Shown here: piece after piece, positions 1-11,122 of the stretch
Layout of the letters: every line of letters begins with the position of its first letter
Position numbering within the stretch: the stretch's first letter is position 1
Assembly: GCF_000009045.1 (NCBI RefSeq)
Contig: NC_000964.3
Coordinates: forward strand, 1,736,001 to 1,800,000
Source of the DNA: Bacillus subtilis subsp. subtilis str. 168
Lineage (GTDB): Bacteria; Bacillota; Bacilli; Bacillales; Bacillaceae
Reading direction: 5' to 3'
DNA length: 64,000 bases
Program-made: the position numbers and the translations under genes
Notes under the pieces: model-generated
Database searches by the model: none
What the model was told of the DNA's origin: nothing
Seen by the model: only the letters and a program-made list of their open reading frames with translations

Positions 1-159
1 ATCTTTGAAGGCGAAGTAGATGTTCTGAAACGCTTTAAAGACGATGTGAAAGAAGTTTCACAAGGCTATGAATGTGGTATTACAATTAAGAAATACAATG
101 ACATTCGTGAAGGTGACATCCTTGAAGCGTTTGTCATGCAAGAAATTGAAAGAACGTGA
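1..159 (+). CDS. infB: Translation initiation factor IF-2, C-terminal fragment (5' truncated)
   Basis: Frame 1 reads [52 protein letters not shown], the IF-2 C-terminal motif; TGA 157-159 overlaps GTG of the next gene; precedes ylxP-rbfA. Confidence 0.97.
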   Translation: MFEGEVDVLKRFKDDVKEVSQGYECGITIKKYNDIREGDILEAFVMQEIERT

Positions 160-434
160 TCGGATTTGCGGAGTGTGAATGCATCATTTATGATGCAGGA
201 TCGCTAAAAGAAAAGCGTGCCGTTCTGAAGCGGATTTTAACCAGGGTTCAAAACAAGTTCAATGTTTCGATTTCGGAGATTGGCTATCAGGACACCTGGC
301 AAAGAACCAGCTTCGGAATCGCCGCTGTTTCTTCCTCTCGCGTTCAAACAGAAAAAGAACTGCAGCGCGTCCTAGCGTTTATCGATTCTTTTCCTGAAAT
401 TGAACGGACGATCACTAGGACAGAGTGGTTTTAA
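156..434 (+). CDS. ylxP: DUF503-family protein
   Basis: 92 aa ORF with SLKEKRAV and FNVSISE motifs; usual position between infB and rbfA; GTGA overlap. Confidence 0.9.
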   Translation: MIGFAECECIIYDAGSLKEKRAVLKRILTRVQNKFNVSISEIGYQDTWQRTSFGIAAVSSSRVQTEKELQRVLAFIDSFPEIERTITRTEWF

Positions 435-450
435 CTTAGAGGTGATTGAA

Positions 451-804
451 TTGAGTATGAGAGCAAACCGTGTCGGCGAGCAAATGAAAAAAGAACTCGG
501 TGATATTATCAGCCGCAAGCTGAAAGACCCGAGAATTGGTTTTCTGACAGTAACGGATGTACGTGTATCAGGTGATTTGCAAATTGCAAAGGTGTATATC
601 TCGGTTCTCGGTGACGAGAAAAAACGGGAAGAAGCGCTGAAAGGGCTGGCAAAAGCGAAAGGATTTATCCGATCCGAAATCGGCAGCCGCATCAGACTTC
701 GAAAAACGCCTGAAATTGAATTTGAGTTCGATGAATCAATCGATTACGGGAATCGGATCGAAACACTGATTCACGAATTACATTCAGAGAAACCATCTGA
801 ATAA
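451..804 (+). CDS. rbfA: Ribosome-binding factor A
   Basis: [16 protein letters not shown]...LKDPRIG...[11 protein letters not shown]...[15 protein letters not shown]; TTG 451 follows SD GAGGTG (start moved from the track's 400). Confidence 0.97.
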   Translation: MSMRANRVGEQMKKELGDIISRKLKDPRIGFLTVTDVRVSGDLQIAKVYISVLGDEKKREEALKGLAKAKGFIRSEIGSRIRLRKTPEIEFEFDESIDYGNRIETLIHELHSEKPSE

Positions 805-844
805 AAAAAGAGAGGATAGGCGTATATCGTCTGTCCTCTTTCTT
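805..844 (+). terminator. Terminator-like hairpin between rbfA and truB
   Basis: AGAGGATAGGCG-TATAT-CGTCTGTCCTCT followed by TTCTT. Confidence 0.65.
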
Positions 845-885
845 CGTTTATAAGAAAAAAACTCAAAAGAAGGAGTGAAAGGCAA

Positions 886-1815
886 ATGGTTAACGGAGTT
901 CTCCTTTTACATAAACCTGTTGGCATGACATCGCACGACTGTGTCATGAAGATCCGAAAGCTGTTAAAAACAAAAAAAGTAGGACATACAGGAACGCTCG
1001 ATCCGGAAGTATCAGGCGTGCTTCCGATTTGTGTAGGAAGAGCGACAAAAATAGTCGAATACTTAACTGAAAAATCTAAAACGTATGATGCAGAAATAAC
1101 ATTGGGCTTTTCAACCACAACAGAGGATCAAACCGGAGAAACGGTGGAAACAAAGCCTGTCAATCACGACATTGATAAAGCGGATGTAGAAAAGGTTTTA
1201 AACAGTTTAAAGGGGAAACAAGAACAAATTCCGCCCATGTATTCCGCTGTAAAAGTAAACGGCAAAAAATTATACGAATACGCAAGAGCAGGGATTGAAG
1301 TAGAACGTCCGAAACGTATGATAACCATTGAAGACATTGCCCTGACAACAGAGATTAAACATCATGGAGAAACCGCAAGCTTCCGGTTTACAGTGACTTG
1401 CTCCAAAGGGACCTATGTAAGGACGCTGGCGGTCATGATCGGAGAAAAGCTCGGATATCCGGCCCATATGTCTCATTTAATCCGTACGGCATCCGGAGAT
1501 TTTTCTCTCGACGAATGCTTTACTTTTGATGAACTCGAAGCACAGGCCCAATCCGGAACCGTGGAAGAGCATACAGTTCCTATTGAACGTGCGCTCAATC
1601 ATTTGCCGAAATGGATCATAAGTGATACATTAGCTAAGAAAGTAGAAAATGGGGCTTTGCTTGAGACGCCCGAGCAGTTTTCTGAAATGACAAGTGGAGA
1701 CCGTATTGCCGTCTTTACTGAATCCGGAACCTGCTTGGCGATCTATTTCCCTCATCCTGCAAAAAAAGGGCTGTTAAAGCCGGCAAAAGTATTGATGCAA
1801 AAAAGCGAACAATAG
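886..1815 (+). CDS. truB: tRNA pseudouridine(55) synthase
   Basis: KVGHTGTLDP catalytic motif, QIPPMYSAVKVNGKKLYEYAR, CSKGTYVRTL; SD AAGGAG. Confidence 0.98.
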   Translation: MVNGVLLLHKPVGMTSHDCVMKIRKLLKTKKVGHTGTLDPEVSGVLPICVGRATKIVEYLTEKSKTYDAEITLGFSTTTEDQTGETVETKPVNHDIDKADVEKVLNSLKGKQEQIPPMYSAVKVNGKKLYEYARAGIEVERPKRMITIEDIALTTEIKHHGETASFRFTVTCSKGTYVRTLAVMIGEKLGYPAHMSHLIRTASGDFSLDECFTFDELEAQAQSGTVEEHTVPIERALNHLPKWIISDTLAKKVENGALLETPEQFSEMTSGDRIAVFTESGTCLAIYFPHPAKKGLLKPAKVLMQKSEQ

Positions 1816-1833
1816 AAAAAAGGTGACCGTTCT

Positions 1834-2784
1834 GTGAAGACGATACATATTACACATCCTCATCATTTAATAAAAGAGGAGCAGGCAAAATCAGTGATGG
1901 CGTTAGGTTATTTTGACGGCGTTCATCTCGGGCATCAAAAGGTAATCGGCACAGCGAAGCAAATAGCCGAAGAAAAAGGTCTGACATTAGCTGTGATGAC
2001 CTTTCATCCCCATCCTTCTCACGTGTTGGGCAGAGATAAGGAACCAAAGGATCTGATTACGCCTCTTGAAGACAAAATAAACCAAATTGAACAATTAGGC
2101 ACAGAAGTTCTGTATGTCGTTAAATTTAATGAAGTGTTTGCTTCTCTTTCTCCTAAGCAGTTTATAGACCAGTATATTATCGGCCTTAATGTGCAGCACG
2201 CAGTGGCAGGCTTTGACTTTACGTACGGCAAATACGGCAAGGGAACAATGAAGACCATGCCGGATGATTTAGACGGAAAAGCTGGGTGCACAATGGTAGA
2301 AAAATTAACGGAGCAGGATAAAAAAATCAGTTCTTCGTATATCCGTACCGCGCTTCAAAACGGAGATGTTGAATTGGCGAATGTCTTGCTTGGACAACCT
2401 TATTTTATTAAAGGAATTGTCATTCATGGTGATAAAAGAGGGCGGACCATCGGGTTTCCGACAGCGAATGTCGGTTTAAATAACAGCTATATCGTTCCGC
2501 CCACAGGTGTATATGCCGTAAAAGCGGAAGTGAACGGCGAAGTTTACAATGGCGTTTGCAATATTGGCTATAAGCCAACGTTTTATGAAAAGCGCCCTGA
2601 ACAGCCTTCCATCGAGGTCAATCTGTTTGATTTCAATCAAGAGGTATATGGAGCCGCTATAAAAATCGAATGGTACAAACGGATTCGGAGCGAGCGGAAA
2701 TTCAATGGCATCAAAGAATTAACTGAGCAAATTGAGAAAGATAAGCAGGAAGCCATCCGTTATTTCAGCAATTTGCGGAAATAA
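1834..2784 (+). CDS. ribC: Bifunctional riboflavin kinase/FAD synthetase
   Basis: GYFDGVHLGH, ISSSYIR, GRTIGFPTAN motifs. Confidence 0.97.
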   Translation: MKTIHITHPHHLIKEEQAKSVMALGYFDGVHLGHQKVIGTAKQIAEEKGLTLAVMTFHPHPSHVLGRDKEPKDLITPLEDKINQIEQLGTEVLYVVKFNEVFASLSPKQFIDQYIIGLNVQHAVAGFDFTYGKYGKGTMKTMPDDLDGKAGCTMVEKLTEQDKKISSSYIRTALQNGDVELANVLLGQPYFIKGIVIHGDKRGRTIGFPTANVGLNNSYIVPPTGVYAVKAEVNGEVYNGVCNIGYKPTFYEKRPEQPSIEVNLFDFNQEVYGAAIKIEWYKRIRSERKFNGIKELTEQIEKDKQEAIRYFSNLRK

Positions 2785-2817
2785 CTTGCAACGCACGCAA
2801 ATTTTATTCTAAAATAT

Positions 2818-2846
2818 TTGCATATAGGCACGATTTTTAGTATGAT
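2818..2846 (+). promoter_or_regulatory. SigA promoter of rpsO
   Basis: TTGCAT-17 bp-TATGAT. Confidence 0.75.
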
Positions 2847-2852
2847 AGTTTT

Positions 2853-3210
<358 letters not shown>

Positions 3211-3214
3211 TCGT

Positions 3215-3241
3215 AAAAAGCGGGAGGATTCCCGCTTTTTT
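3215..3241 (+). terminator. Intrinsic terminator after rpsO
   Basis: AAAAAGCGGGAG-GA-TTCCCGCTTTTTT. Confidence 0.85.
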
Positions 3242-3382
3242 ATCGTATTAAAGCGAAATTTCTTATAACAAATCATTGAAATCCTTTTACATACTACTTT
3301 GACATTGATATGTTCAATTCATTTCGTTCATAATAGGAGTAATTGATTATTTCACACAACGAAGAGAGGAGTTCGTAATTGT

Positions 3383-5500
3383 ATGGGACAAGAAAAACAT
3401 GTCTTTACCATAGATTGGGCCGGAAGAACGCTTACCGTTGAAACCGGCCAGCTTGCCAAACAGGCAAATGGTGCTGTGATGATCCGCTACGGTGATACAG
3501 CAGTACTTAGTACAGCAACCGCTTCAAAAGAACCTAAACCGCTTGATTTCTTCCCTCTTACTGTAAACTATGAAGAAAGATTATATGCGGTAGGGAAAAT
3601 TCCGGGCGGATTTATTAAAAGAGAAGGACGTCCAAGTGAAAAAGCGGTTCTTGCCAGCCGTTTAATTGACCGTCCGATCCGTCCTTTGTTTGCCGATGGA
3701 TTCCGTAATGAAGTTCAAGTCATCAGCATTGTCATGAGTGTTGACCAAAACTGCTCTTCAGAAATGGCTGCCATGTTCGGTTCATCTCTTGCACTTTCTG
3801 TATCGGATATTCCGTTTGAAGGACCGATTGCAGGGGTTACTGTCGGACGCATTGATGATCAATTTATCATTAACCCGACAGTCGATCAGCTTGAAAAAAG
3901 CGATATCAATCTTGTCGTTGCCGGCACGAAAGATGCGATTAACATGGTAGAAGCGGGAGCGGACGAAGTTCCTGAGGAAATCATGCTTGAGGCCATTATG
4001 TTCGGCCATGAAGAGATTAAACGCCTGATTGCATTCCAAGAAGAAATTGTTGCAGCAGTCGGCAAAGAGAAATCTGAAATTAAGCTCTTTGAAATTGATG
4101 AAGAGCTTAATGAAAAAGTAAAAGCTTTGGCAGAAGAGGATCTGCTGAAAGCCATCCAAGTTCATGAAAAGCATGCCCGTGAAGATGCCATTAACGAAGT
4201 GAAGAACGCAGTTGTGGCAAAATTCGAGGATGAAGAACATGATGAAGACACAATCAAGCAAGTGAAGCAGATTTTATCCAAGCTTGTGAAAAATGAAGTT
4301 CGCCGCCTGATTACTGAAGAGAAAGTAAGACCGGACGGCCGCGGTGTCGATCAAATCCGTCCGCTCTCTTCAGAGGTTGGCCTCTTGCCAAGAACGCACG
4401 GTTCAGGTCTATTTACAAGGGGACAAACTCAGGCCCTCAGCGTATGTACGCTAGGTGCTCTGGGAGATGTGCAAATCCTTGACGGCTTAGGTGTCGAAGA
4501 GTCGAAACGGTTTATGCATCATTACAACTTCCCGCAATTCAGCGTTGGGGAAACAGGACCGATGCGCGGACCGGGACGTCGTGAAATCGGACACGGAGCA
4601 CTGGGTGAGCGTGCGCTTGAGCCAGTTATTCCGTCTGAAAAAGACTTCCCTTATACTGTCCGTCTTGTTTCAGAAGTGCTTGAATCAAACGGTTCTACAT
4701 CTCAAGCAAGCATTTGCGCAAGCACACTTGCAATGATGGATGCCGGTGTACCGATTAAAGCGCCAGTTGCTGGTATTGCGATGGGTCTTGTCAAATCAGG
4801 CGAACATTACACTGTCTTGACTGACATCCAAGGCATGGAAGACGCGCTCGGAGATATGGACTTTAAAGTAGCGGGAACTGAAAAAGGCGTAACGGCCCTG
4901 CAAATGGACATTAAAATTGAAGGCCTTTCCAGAGAGATTCTTGAAGAAGCGCTTCAGCAGGCGAAAAAGGGCAGAATGGAAATCCTCAACAGCATGCTTG
5001 CAACATTAAGCGAATCAAGAAAAGAGCTTTCTCGATATGCGCCTAAGATCTTAACAATGACCATTAATCCTGATAAAATCCGCGATGTCATCGGACCAAG
5101 CGGGAAACAAATCAATAAGATCATCGAAGAAACCGGTGTTAAAATTGATATTGAGCAGGACGGCACAATCTTTATTTCCTCTACAGATGAAAGCGGCAAC
5201 CAAAAAGCGAAAAAAATCATCGAAGACCTTGTGAGAGAGGTTGAAGTCGGCCAACTTTACCTAGGTAAAGTGAAACGGATTGAAAAATTCGGGGCTTTCG
5301 TTGAAATTTTCAGCGGAAAAGACGGTTTGGTGCACATTTCAGAGCTTGCGCTTGAACGCGTAGGGAAAGTTGAAGATGTTGTGAAAATCGGAGACGAGAT
5401 TCTTGTCAAAGTCACTGAAATTGATAAACAAGGACGAGTGAATTTATCCCGCAAAGCGGTGCTCCGTGAAGAGAAAGAAAAAGAAGAACAACAATCTTAA
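3383..5500 (+). CDS. pnp: Polyribonucleotide nucleotidyltransferase (PNPase)
   Basis: Two RNase PH domains ([24 protein letters not shown]) followed by KH and S1 domains; 705 aa. Confidence 0.99.
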   Translation: MGQEKHVFTIDWAGRTLTVETGQLAKQANGAVMIRYGDTAVLSTATASKEPKPLDFFPLTVNYEERLYAVGKIPGGFIKREGRPSEKAVLASRLIDRPIRPLFADGFRNEVQVISIVMSVDQNCSSEMAAMFGSSLALSVSDIPFEGPIAGVTVGRIDDQFIINPTVDQLEKSDINLVVAGTKDAINMVEAGADEVPEEIMLEAIMFGHEEIKRLIAFQEEIVAAVGKEKSEIKLFEIDEELNEKVKALAEEDLLKAIQVHEKHAREDAINEVKNAVVAKFEDEEHDEDTIKQVKQILSKLVKNEVRRLITEEKVRPDGRGVDQIRPLSSEVGLLPRTHGSGLFTRGQTQALSVCTLGALGDVQILDGLGVEESKRFMHHYNFPQFSVGETGPMRGPGRREIGHGALGERALEPVIPSEKDFPYTVRLVSEVLESNGSTSQASICASTLAMMDAGVPIKAPVAGIAMGLVKSGEHYTVLTDIQGMEDALGDMDFKVAGTEKGVTALQMDIKIEGLSREILEEALQQAKKGRMEILNSMLATLSESRKELSRYAPKILTMTINPDKIRDVIGPSGKQINKIIEETGVKIDIEQDGTIFISSTDESGNQKAKKIIEDLVREVEVGQLYLGKVKRIEKFGAFVEIFSGKDGLVHISELALERVGKVEDVVKIGDEILVKVTEIDKQGRVNLSRKAVLREEKEKEEQQS

Positions 5501-5510
5501 ATGAAAACAT

Positions 5511-5544
5511 AAAAGGAGCCTGGGAGACCCGGCTTCTTTATTTT
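5511..5544 (+). terminator. Intrinsic terminator after pnp
   Basis: AAAAGGAGCC-TGGG-AGA-CCC-GGCTTCTTT-ATTTT. Confidence 0.75.
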
Positions 5545-5617
5545 GAAGCTTTTCAAAAGCAGGCGGGTTCTACCTTGTCCTTCTCCTTCATAATGTGAGG
5601 TGAGGGGGGGACAGAAC

Positions 5618-6577
5618 ATGTACAAAAAATTTGTACCGTTTGCCGTTTTTTTATTTCTTTTTTTTGTCTCATTTGAGATGATGGAAAATCCGCATGCACT
5701 TGATTATATAGGGGCAATGAAAAAAGATACGGTGACTGTCACGGCGTCAAAAGACCCGTTATATGAAGAATTGCTTCAAAAAGCGCCGGAGTACGAAGTT
5801 AAGCCCCAGAATGCAAGAATTGATAAAGTGTGGAAAAGCATTCCAGGCTACAATGGATTAAAGGTCAATATTGAACAATCATATAAAAAAATGAAACAGC
5901 ATGGTAAGTTTCGGGAAAAAGATTTGGTGTACAGTCAAGTAAAACCAAGTGTTCATCTTGAGTCACTTCAGCCTGAGCCTATTTATAAAGGAAATCCTGA
6001 CAAACCGATGGTGGCTTTTTTAATCAATGTGGCATGGGGAAATGAGTATTTGGAAAAAATGCTTCCTATTCTGCAAAAGCACCAGGTTAAAGCTACGTTC
6101 TTTTTAGAAGGCAATTGGGTGAGAAACAATGTACAGCTCGCTAAGAAGATTGCAAAAGACGGACATGAAATCGGAAATCATTCATACAATCATCCGGATA
6201 TGAGCAAACTGACTACAGGAAGAATTTCCGAGCAGCTCGACAAGACTAATGAACAAATAGAACAAACGATCGGCGTTAAGCCAAAGTGGTTCGCTCCGCC
6301 AAGCGGAAGTTTCAGAAAAGCGGTTATCGACATTGCAGCAGAGAAACAGATGGGAACAGTCATGTGGACAGTTGATACAATCGATTGGCAAAAGCCGGCT
6401 CCGTCTGTACTTCAGACGAGAGTGTTAAGCAAGATACATAATGGTGCCATGATTTTAATGCATCCGACTGACCCTACGGCGGAAAGTCTTGAAGCGCTGA
6501 TTACACAGATAAAAGACAAAGGATATGCGCTTGGAACAGTCACTGAACTAATGGATGAAACAAGACTATTGAAGTAA
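5618..6577 (+). CDS. swsB: Polysaccharide deacetylase-family sporulation protein (YlxY/SwsB)
   Basis: N-terminal hydrophobic segment; NodB motifs GNHSYNHP, FAPPSG, WTVDTIDW, ILMHP; ATG 5618 after G-rich SD. Confidence 0.88.
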   Translation: MYKKFVPFAVFLFLFFVSFEMMENPHALDYIGAMKKDTVTVTASKDPLYEELLQKAPEYEVKPQNARIDKVWKSIPGYNGLKVNIEQSYKKMKQHGKFREKDLVYSQVKPSVHLESLQPEPIYKGNPDKPMVAFLINVAWGNEYLEKMLPILQKHQVKATFFLEGNWVRNNVQLAKKIAKDGHEIGNHSYNHPDMSKLTTGRISEQLDKTNEQIEQTIGVKPKWFAPPSGSFRKAVIDIAAEKQMGTVMWTVDTIDWQKPAPSVLQTRVLSKIHNGAMILMHPTDPTAESLEALITQIKDKGYALGTVTELMDETRLLK

Positions 6578-6616
6578 CAGATGAAGGCAGCTTGTCTTTG
6601 AATAGGAGGAACAAAT

Positions 6617-7846
6617 TTGATTAAACGATATACGTGTCAAAATGGTGTAAGAATTGTGCTGGAAAATAACCCGACAGTCCGTTCTGTTGCGATCGGCGTA
6701 TGGATCGGCACAGGTTCGAGACATGAAACGCCGGAGATAAACGGAATTTCTCACTTTTTAGAGCACATGTTCTTTAAAGGGACGAGCACAAAATCTGCAC
6801 GCGAGATAGCAGAATCTTTTGATCGTATTGGCGGCCAGGTCAATGCGTTTACTTCAAAGGAATATACCTGCTACTATGCAAAGGTGCTTGACGAGCATGC
6901 GAATTACGCGCTGGACGTATTAGCAGATATGTTCTTTCATTCAACGTTTGATGAAAACGAGCTGAAAAAAGAGAAAAATGTAGTATATGAAGAAATTAAA
7001 ATGTATGAAGATGCGCCGGACGACATTGTACATGATTTATTGAGCAAAGCCACTTACGGCAATCATTCTTTAGGCTACCCAATTTTAGGAACGGAAGAAA
7101 CGCTTGCTTCCTTTAACGGTGACTCTCTCAGACAATACATGCATGATTATTATACGCCGGACCGAGTGGTGATTTCGGTAGCGGGCAATATATCTGACAG
7201 TTTTATCAAAGATGTAGAAAAATGGTTCGGGTCATACGAGGCGAAAGGCAAAGCGACAGGCCTTGAGAAGCCTGAGTTCCACACGGAAAAACTGACGAGA
7301 AAAAAAGAAACAGAGCAGGCTCATTTGTGCCTTGGATTTAAAGGCTTAGAGGTTGGCCATGAACGTATTTATGATTTAATCGTCCTCAACAATGTGCTCG
7401 GAGGCAGCATGAGCAGCCGGCTGTTCCAAGATGTGCGTGAAGATAAAGGACTTGCTTATTCTGTTTACAGCTATCACAGCTCATATGAGGACAGCGGAAT
7501 GCTAACGATTTACGGCGGAACGGGTGCAAATCAGCTTCAGCAGCTGTCGGAAACAATTCAAGAAACCCTGGCCACATTAAAACGTGACGGCATTACCTCG
7601 AAAGAACTGGAAAACAGCAAAGAGCAAATGAAGGGAAGCTTAATGCTGAGCTTAGAAAGCACAAACAGCAAAATGAGCCGAAACGGAAAAAATGAACTGC
7701 TGCTCGGCAAACATAAAACATTAGATGAAATTATCAATGAATTAAACGCCGTGAACTTAGAGCGTGTTAATGGCCTTGCCAGACAATTGTTTACCGAAGA
7801 CTATGCATTAGCACTTATCAGCCCTTCCGGCAATATGCCGTCTTAA
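6617..7846 (+). CDS. mlpA: M16-family zinc peptidase (MlpA/YmxG)
   Basis: Inverted zinc motif HFLEH, NAFTSKEYT, GGSMSSRLFQ; TTG start after GGAGG. Confidence 0.92.
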   Translation: MIKRYTCQNGVRIVLENNPTVRSVAIGVWIGTGSRHETPEINGISHFLEHMFFKGTSTKSAREIAESFDRIGGQVNAFTSKEYTCYYAKVLDEHANYALDVLADMFFHSTFDENELKKEKNVVYEEIKMYEDAPDDIVHDLLSKATYGNHSLGYPILGTEETLASFNGDSLRQYMHDYYTPDRVVISVAGNISDSFIKDVEKWFGSYEAKGKATGLEKPEFHTEKLTRKKETEQAHLCLGFKGLEVGHERIYDLIVLNNVLGGSMSSRLFQDVREDKGLAYSVYSYHSSYEDSGMLTIYGGTGANQLQQLSETIQETLATLKRDGITSKELENSKEQMKGSLMLSLESTNSKMSRNGKNELLLGKHKTLDEIINELNAVNLERVNGLARQLFTEDYALALISPSGNMPS

Positions 7847-7854
7847 AAAGGAAA

Positions 7855-7884
7855 GCCTGCCCCATAATGGAGCAGGCATTTTTT
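7855..7884 (+). terminator. Terminator after mlpA
   Basis: GCCTGC...GCAGGC then ATTTTTT. Confidence 0.7.
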
Positions 7885-7923
7885 AATCCCTTTCATCATA
7901 CATAGTACAAGGGGGTGACAGAC

Positions 7924-8181
7924 ATGCGGCTCAGTGAATTATCGGGAAAGGAAATTGTAGACATCAAAAGAGCTGAACGGCTCGGAGTGCTCGGCCAGAC
8001 CGATTTGGAAATCAATGAACAGGATGGACAGATTACAGCACTCCTCATTCCCACAGTTAAGTGGTTTGGTTTGAGAAAGCAAGGTCATGACATTCGTGTC
8101 CCATGGCACCATATTCAAAAGATCGGTTCAGATATGATTATATTAGATGTACCTGAGGAAATGCCTCCTCGACAAGAGTAA
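7924..8181 (+). CDS. ymxH: YlmC/YmxH-family PRC-barrel sporulation protein
   Basis: MRLSELSGKEIVDI...GERLG-like...IPW-HI-KIGSDMII. Confidence 0.9.
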   Translation: MRLSELSGKEIVDIKRAERLGVLGQTDLEINEQDGQITALLIPTVKWFGLRKQGHDIRVPWHHIQKIGSDMIILDVPEEMPPRQE

Positions 8182-8224
8182 ATAGCCCAATTGACTGTGA
8201 AGCGGGCTCTAAAGAAAACATCTG

Positions 8225-8255
8225 AAACATCGGCTGCCGGAGCCGATGTTTTTTT
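8225..8255 (+). terminator. Terminator after ymxH
   Basis: AAACATCGGCT-GCCGG-AGCCGATGTTT-TTTT. Confidence 0.85.
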
Positions 8256-8282
8256 ATATGGAAAAAGCGCATCTTTTATATT

Positions 8283-8310
8283 CACCGGTATTTCCTTTTG
8301 ATCATAAGAT
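8283..8310 (+). promoter_or_regulatory. SigK promoter of spoVF
   Basis: CACC-16 bp-CATAAGAT matches SigK consensus mACm-N16-CATAnnnT; spoVF is an established SigK target. Confidence 0.8.
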
Positions 8311-8366
8311 GAAGGGGAGCTTAACAACTAGAGATCCAGTATATACAAAGAAGGTGAACGTTTAGA

Positions 8367-9260
8367 ATGTTAACCGGATTGAAAATTGCAGTTATCGGCG
8401 GTGACGCAAGACAGCTCGAAATTATAAGAAAGCTCACTGAACAGCAGGCTGACATCTATCTTGTCGGTTTTGACCAATTGGATCACGGTTTTACCGGGGC
8501 AGTAAAATGCAATATTGATGAAATTCCTTTTCAGCAAATAGACAGCATCATTCTTCCAGTATCCGCGACAACAGGAGAAGGTGTCGTATCGACTGTATTT
8601 TCGAATGAAGAAGTTGTGTTAAAACAGGACCATCTTGACAGAACGCCTGCACATTGTGTCATTTTCTCAGGAATTTCTAACGCCTATTTAGAAAACATTG
8701 CAGCTCAGGCAAAAAGAAAACTTGTTAAGCTGTTTGAGCGGGATGACATTGCGATATACAACTCTATTCCGACAGTAGAAGGAACGATCATGCTGGCTAT
8801 TCAGCACACGGATTATACGATACACGGATCACAGGTGGCCGTTCTCGGTCTGGGGCGCACCGGGATGACGATTGCCCGTACATTTGCCGCGCTCGGGGCG
8901 AATGTAAAAGTGGGGGCAAGAAGTTCAGCGCATCTGGCACGTATCACTGAAATGGGGCTCGTTCCTTTTCATACCGATGAGCTGAAAGAGCATGTAAAAG
9001 ATATAGATATTTGCATTAATACCATACCGAGTATGATTTTAAATCAAACGGTACTTTCTAGCATGACACCAAAAACCTTAATATTGGATCTGGCCTCACG
9101 TCCCGGGGGAACGGATTTTAAATATGCCGAGAAACAAGGGATTAAAGCACTTCTTGCTCCCGGGCTTCCAGGGATTGTCGCTCCTAAAACAGCTGGGCAA
9201 ATCCTTGCAAACGTCTTGAGCAAGCTTTTGGCTGAAATACAAGCTGAGGAGGGGAAATAA
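8367..9260 (+). CDS. spoVFA: Dipicolinate synthase subunit A
   Basis: MLTGLKIAVIGGDARQLE; GLGRTG; DLASRPGGTDF; LAPGLPG. Confidence 0.96.
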   Translation: MLTGLKIAVIGGDARQLEIIRKLTEQQADIYLVGFDQLDHGFTGAVKCNIDEIPFQQIDSIILPVSATTGEGVVSTVFSNEEVVLKQDHLDRTPAHCVIFSGISNAYLENIAAQAKRKLVKLFERDDIAIYNSIPTVEGTIMLAIQHTDYTIHGSQVAVLGLGRTGMTIARTFAALGANVKVGARSSAHLARITEMGLVPFHTDELKEHVKDIDICINTIPSMILNQTVLSSMTPKTLILDLASRPGGTDFKYAEKQGIKALLAPGLPGIVAPKTAGQILANVLSKLLAEIQAEEGK

Positions 9261-9262
9261 GG

Positions 9263-9865
9263 ATGTCGTCATTAAAAGGAAAAAGAATCGGGTTTGGGCT
9301 GACCGGGTCGCATTGCACATATGAAGCGGTTTTCCCGCAAATTGAGGAGTTGGTCAACGAAGGAGCTGAAGTCCGTCCGGTTGTCACATTTAATGTAAAA
9401 TCTACAAATACCCGATTTGGAGAGGGCGCAGAATGGGTTAAAAAAATTGAAGACCTGACTGGATATGAGGCCATTGATTCGATTGTAAAGGCAGAACCTC
9501 TTGGGCCGAAGCTGCCCCTTGACTGCATGGTCATTGCGCCTTTAACAGGCAATTCAATGAGCAAGCTGGCAAATGCCATGACGGACAGCCCGGTGCTGAT
9601 GGCGGCAAAAGCGACAATCCGGAACAATCGGCCTGTCGTTCTGGGTATCTCGACAAATGATGCTCTTGGTTTAAACGGAACAAATTTAATGAGGCTCATG
9701 TCAACAAAAAATATCTTTTTTATTCCATTCGGGCAAGATGATCCATTTAAAAAACCGAATTCAATGGTAGCCAAAATGGATCTGCTTCCGCAAACGATTG
9801 AAAAGGCACTCATGCACCAGCAGCTTCAGCCGATTCTAGTTGAGAATTATCAGGGAAATGACTAA
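9263..9865 (+). CDS. spoVFB: Dipicolinate synthase subunit B
   Basis: GFGLTGSHCT, APLTGNSMSKLA, STNDAL, PFGQDDP (flavoprotein fold). Confidence 0.96.
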   Translation: MSSLKGKRIGFGLTGSHCTYEAVFPQIEELVNEGAEVRPVVTFNVKSTNTRFGEGAEWVKKIEDLTGYEAIDSIVKAEPLGPKLPLDCMVIAPLTGNSMSKLANAMTDSPVLMAAKATIRNNRPVVLGISTNDALGLNGTNLMRLMSTKNIFFIPFGQDDPFKKPNSMVAKMDLLPQTIEKALMHQQLQPILVENYQGND

Positions 9866-9990
9866 ATTTACAGAAAATCTTTCCCAAACTAAAAAATTCG
9901 GTCATCACCCGCATATTCTATGGTAAAATAAAACGTAAAATCATAGTCAAATCAATTCAATGAAGCTGATTGGCGGAAGGAGTTTTACAG

Positions 9991-11031
9991 ATGGGAAGAG
10001 GTTTACACGTAGCTGTTGTCGGAGCGACAGGGGCTGTGGGACAACAAATGCTTAAAACACTTGAAGACAGAAACTTTGAAATGGACACACTTACATTGCT
10101 ATCTTCAAAACGCTCTGCGGGGACAAAAGTCACGTTTAAAGGCCAAGAGCTGACTGTTCAGGAAGCTTCTCCTGAGAGCTTTGAAGGGGTAAATATTGCT
10201 TTGTTCAGCGCCGGCGGAAGCGTATCACAAGCATTGGCACCAGAAGCTGTAAAACGCGGCGCTATTGTTATAGATAATACGAGTGCGTTCCGCATGGATG
10301 AAAATACACCGCTTGTTGTGCCAGAAGTGAATGAGGCAGACTTGCATGAACACAACGGCATTATTGCCAATCCAAACTGCTCTACAATCCAAATGGTTGC
10401 GGCACTTGAACCGATCCGCAAAGCATATGGCTTAAACAAGGTCATCGTATCAACTTACCAGGCAGTATCAGGAGCGGGTAATGAAGCTGTAAAAGAGCTT
10501 TACAGCCAAACACAGGCGATTTTAAATAAAGAAGAAATAGAGCCTGAGATCATGCCTGTAAAAGGTGACAAAAAACACTATCAAATCGCCTTCAACGCGA
10601 TTCCGCAAATCGATAAATTCCAAGATAACGGCTATACGTTTGAGGAAATGAAAATGATAAATGAAACGAAAAAAATCATGCACATGCCTGACCTTCAAGT
10701 AGCGGCTACATGTGTGAGACTGCCAATCCAAACTGGGCACTCAGAGTCCGTCTACATCGAAATAGACCGTGATGACGCTACAGTTGAAGATATTAAAAAT
10801 CTATTGAAAGAAGCTCCGGGCGTGACACTTCAGGATGATCCAAGCCAGCAGCTTTATCCGATGCCTGCTGATGCTGTCGGCAAAAACGATGTGTTTGTAG
10901 GCCGCATCCGCAAAGACTTGGACAGAGCAAACGGTTTTCATTTATGGGTTGTTTCTGATAACCTATTAAAAGGCGCGGCATGGAACTCTGTTCAAATTGC
11001 AGAAAGCCTGAAAAAACTAAACCTCGTATAA
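9991..11031 (+). CDS. asd: Aspartate-semialdehyde dehydrogenase
   Basis: [18 protein letters not shown] catalytic Cys, [10 protein letters not shown]; ATG 9991 after GGAAGGAG. Confidence 0.98.
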   Translation: MGRGLHVAVVGATGAVGQQMLKTLEDRNFEMDTLTLLSSKRSAGTKVTFKGQELTVQEASPESFEGVNIALFSAGGSVSQALAPEAVKRGAIVIDNTSAFRMDENTPLVVPEVNEADLHEHNGIIANPNCSTIQMVAALEPIRKAYGLNKVIVSTYQAVSGAGNEAVKELYSQTQAILNKEEIEPEIMPVKGDKKHYQIAFNAIPQIDKFQDNGYTFEEMKMINETKKIMHMPDLQVAATCVRLPIQTGHSESVYIEIDRDDATVEDIKNLLKEAPGVTLQDDPSQQLYPMPADAVGKNDVFVGRIRKDLDRANGFHLWVVSDNLLKGAAWNSVQIAESLKKLNLV

Positions 11032-11122
11032 AAGAGAGAATTTTCTAAAGACGAATAGAAGAGAGTAAGGCGCTATCAGCCTGCTCTCTTCTGTTACGTC
11101 CGAATAATTTGGAGTGAAAACA

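Noticed and set aside
3299-3334. TTGACA and CATAAT upstream of pnp
   Set aside because: Spacing (24 bp from TTGACA, 18 bp from TTGATA) leaves the promoter ambiguous; not called.
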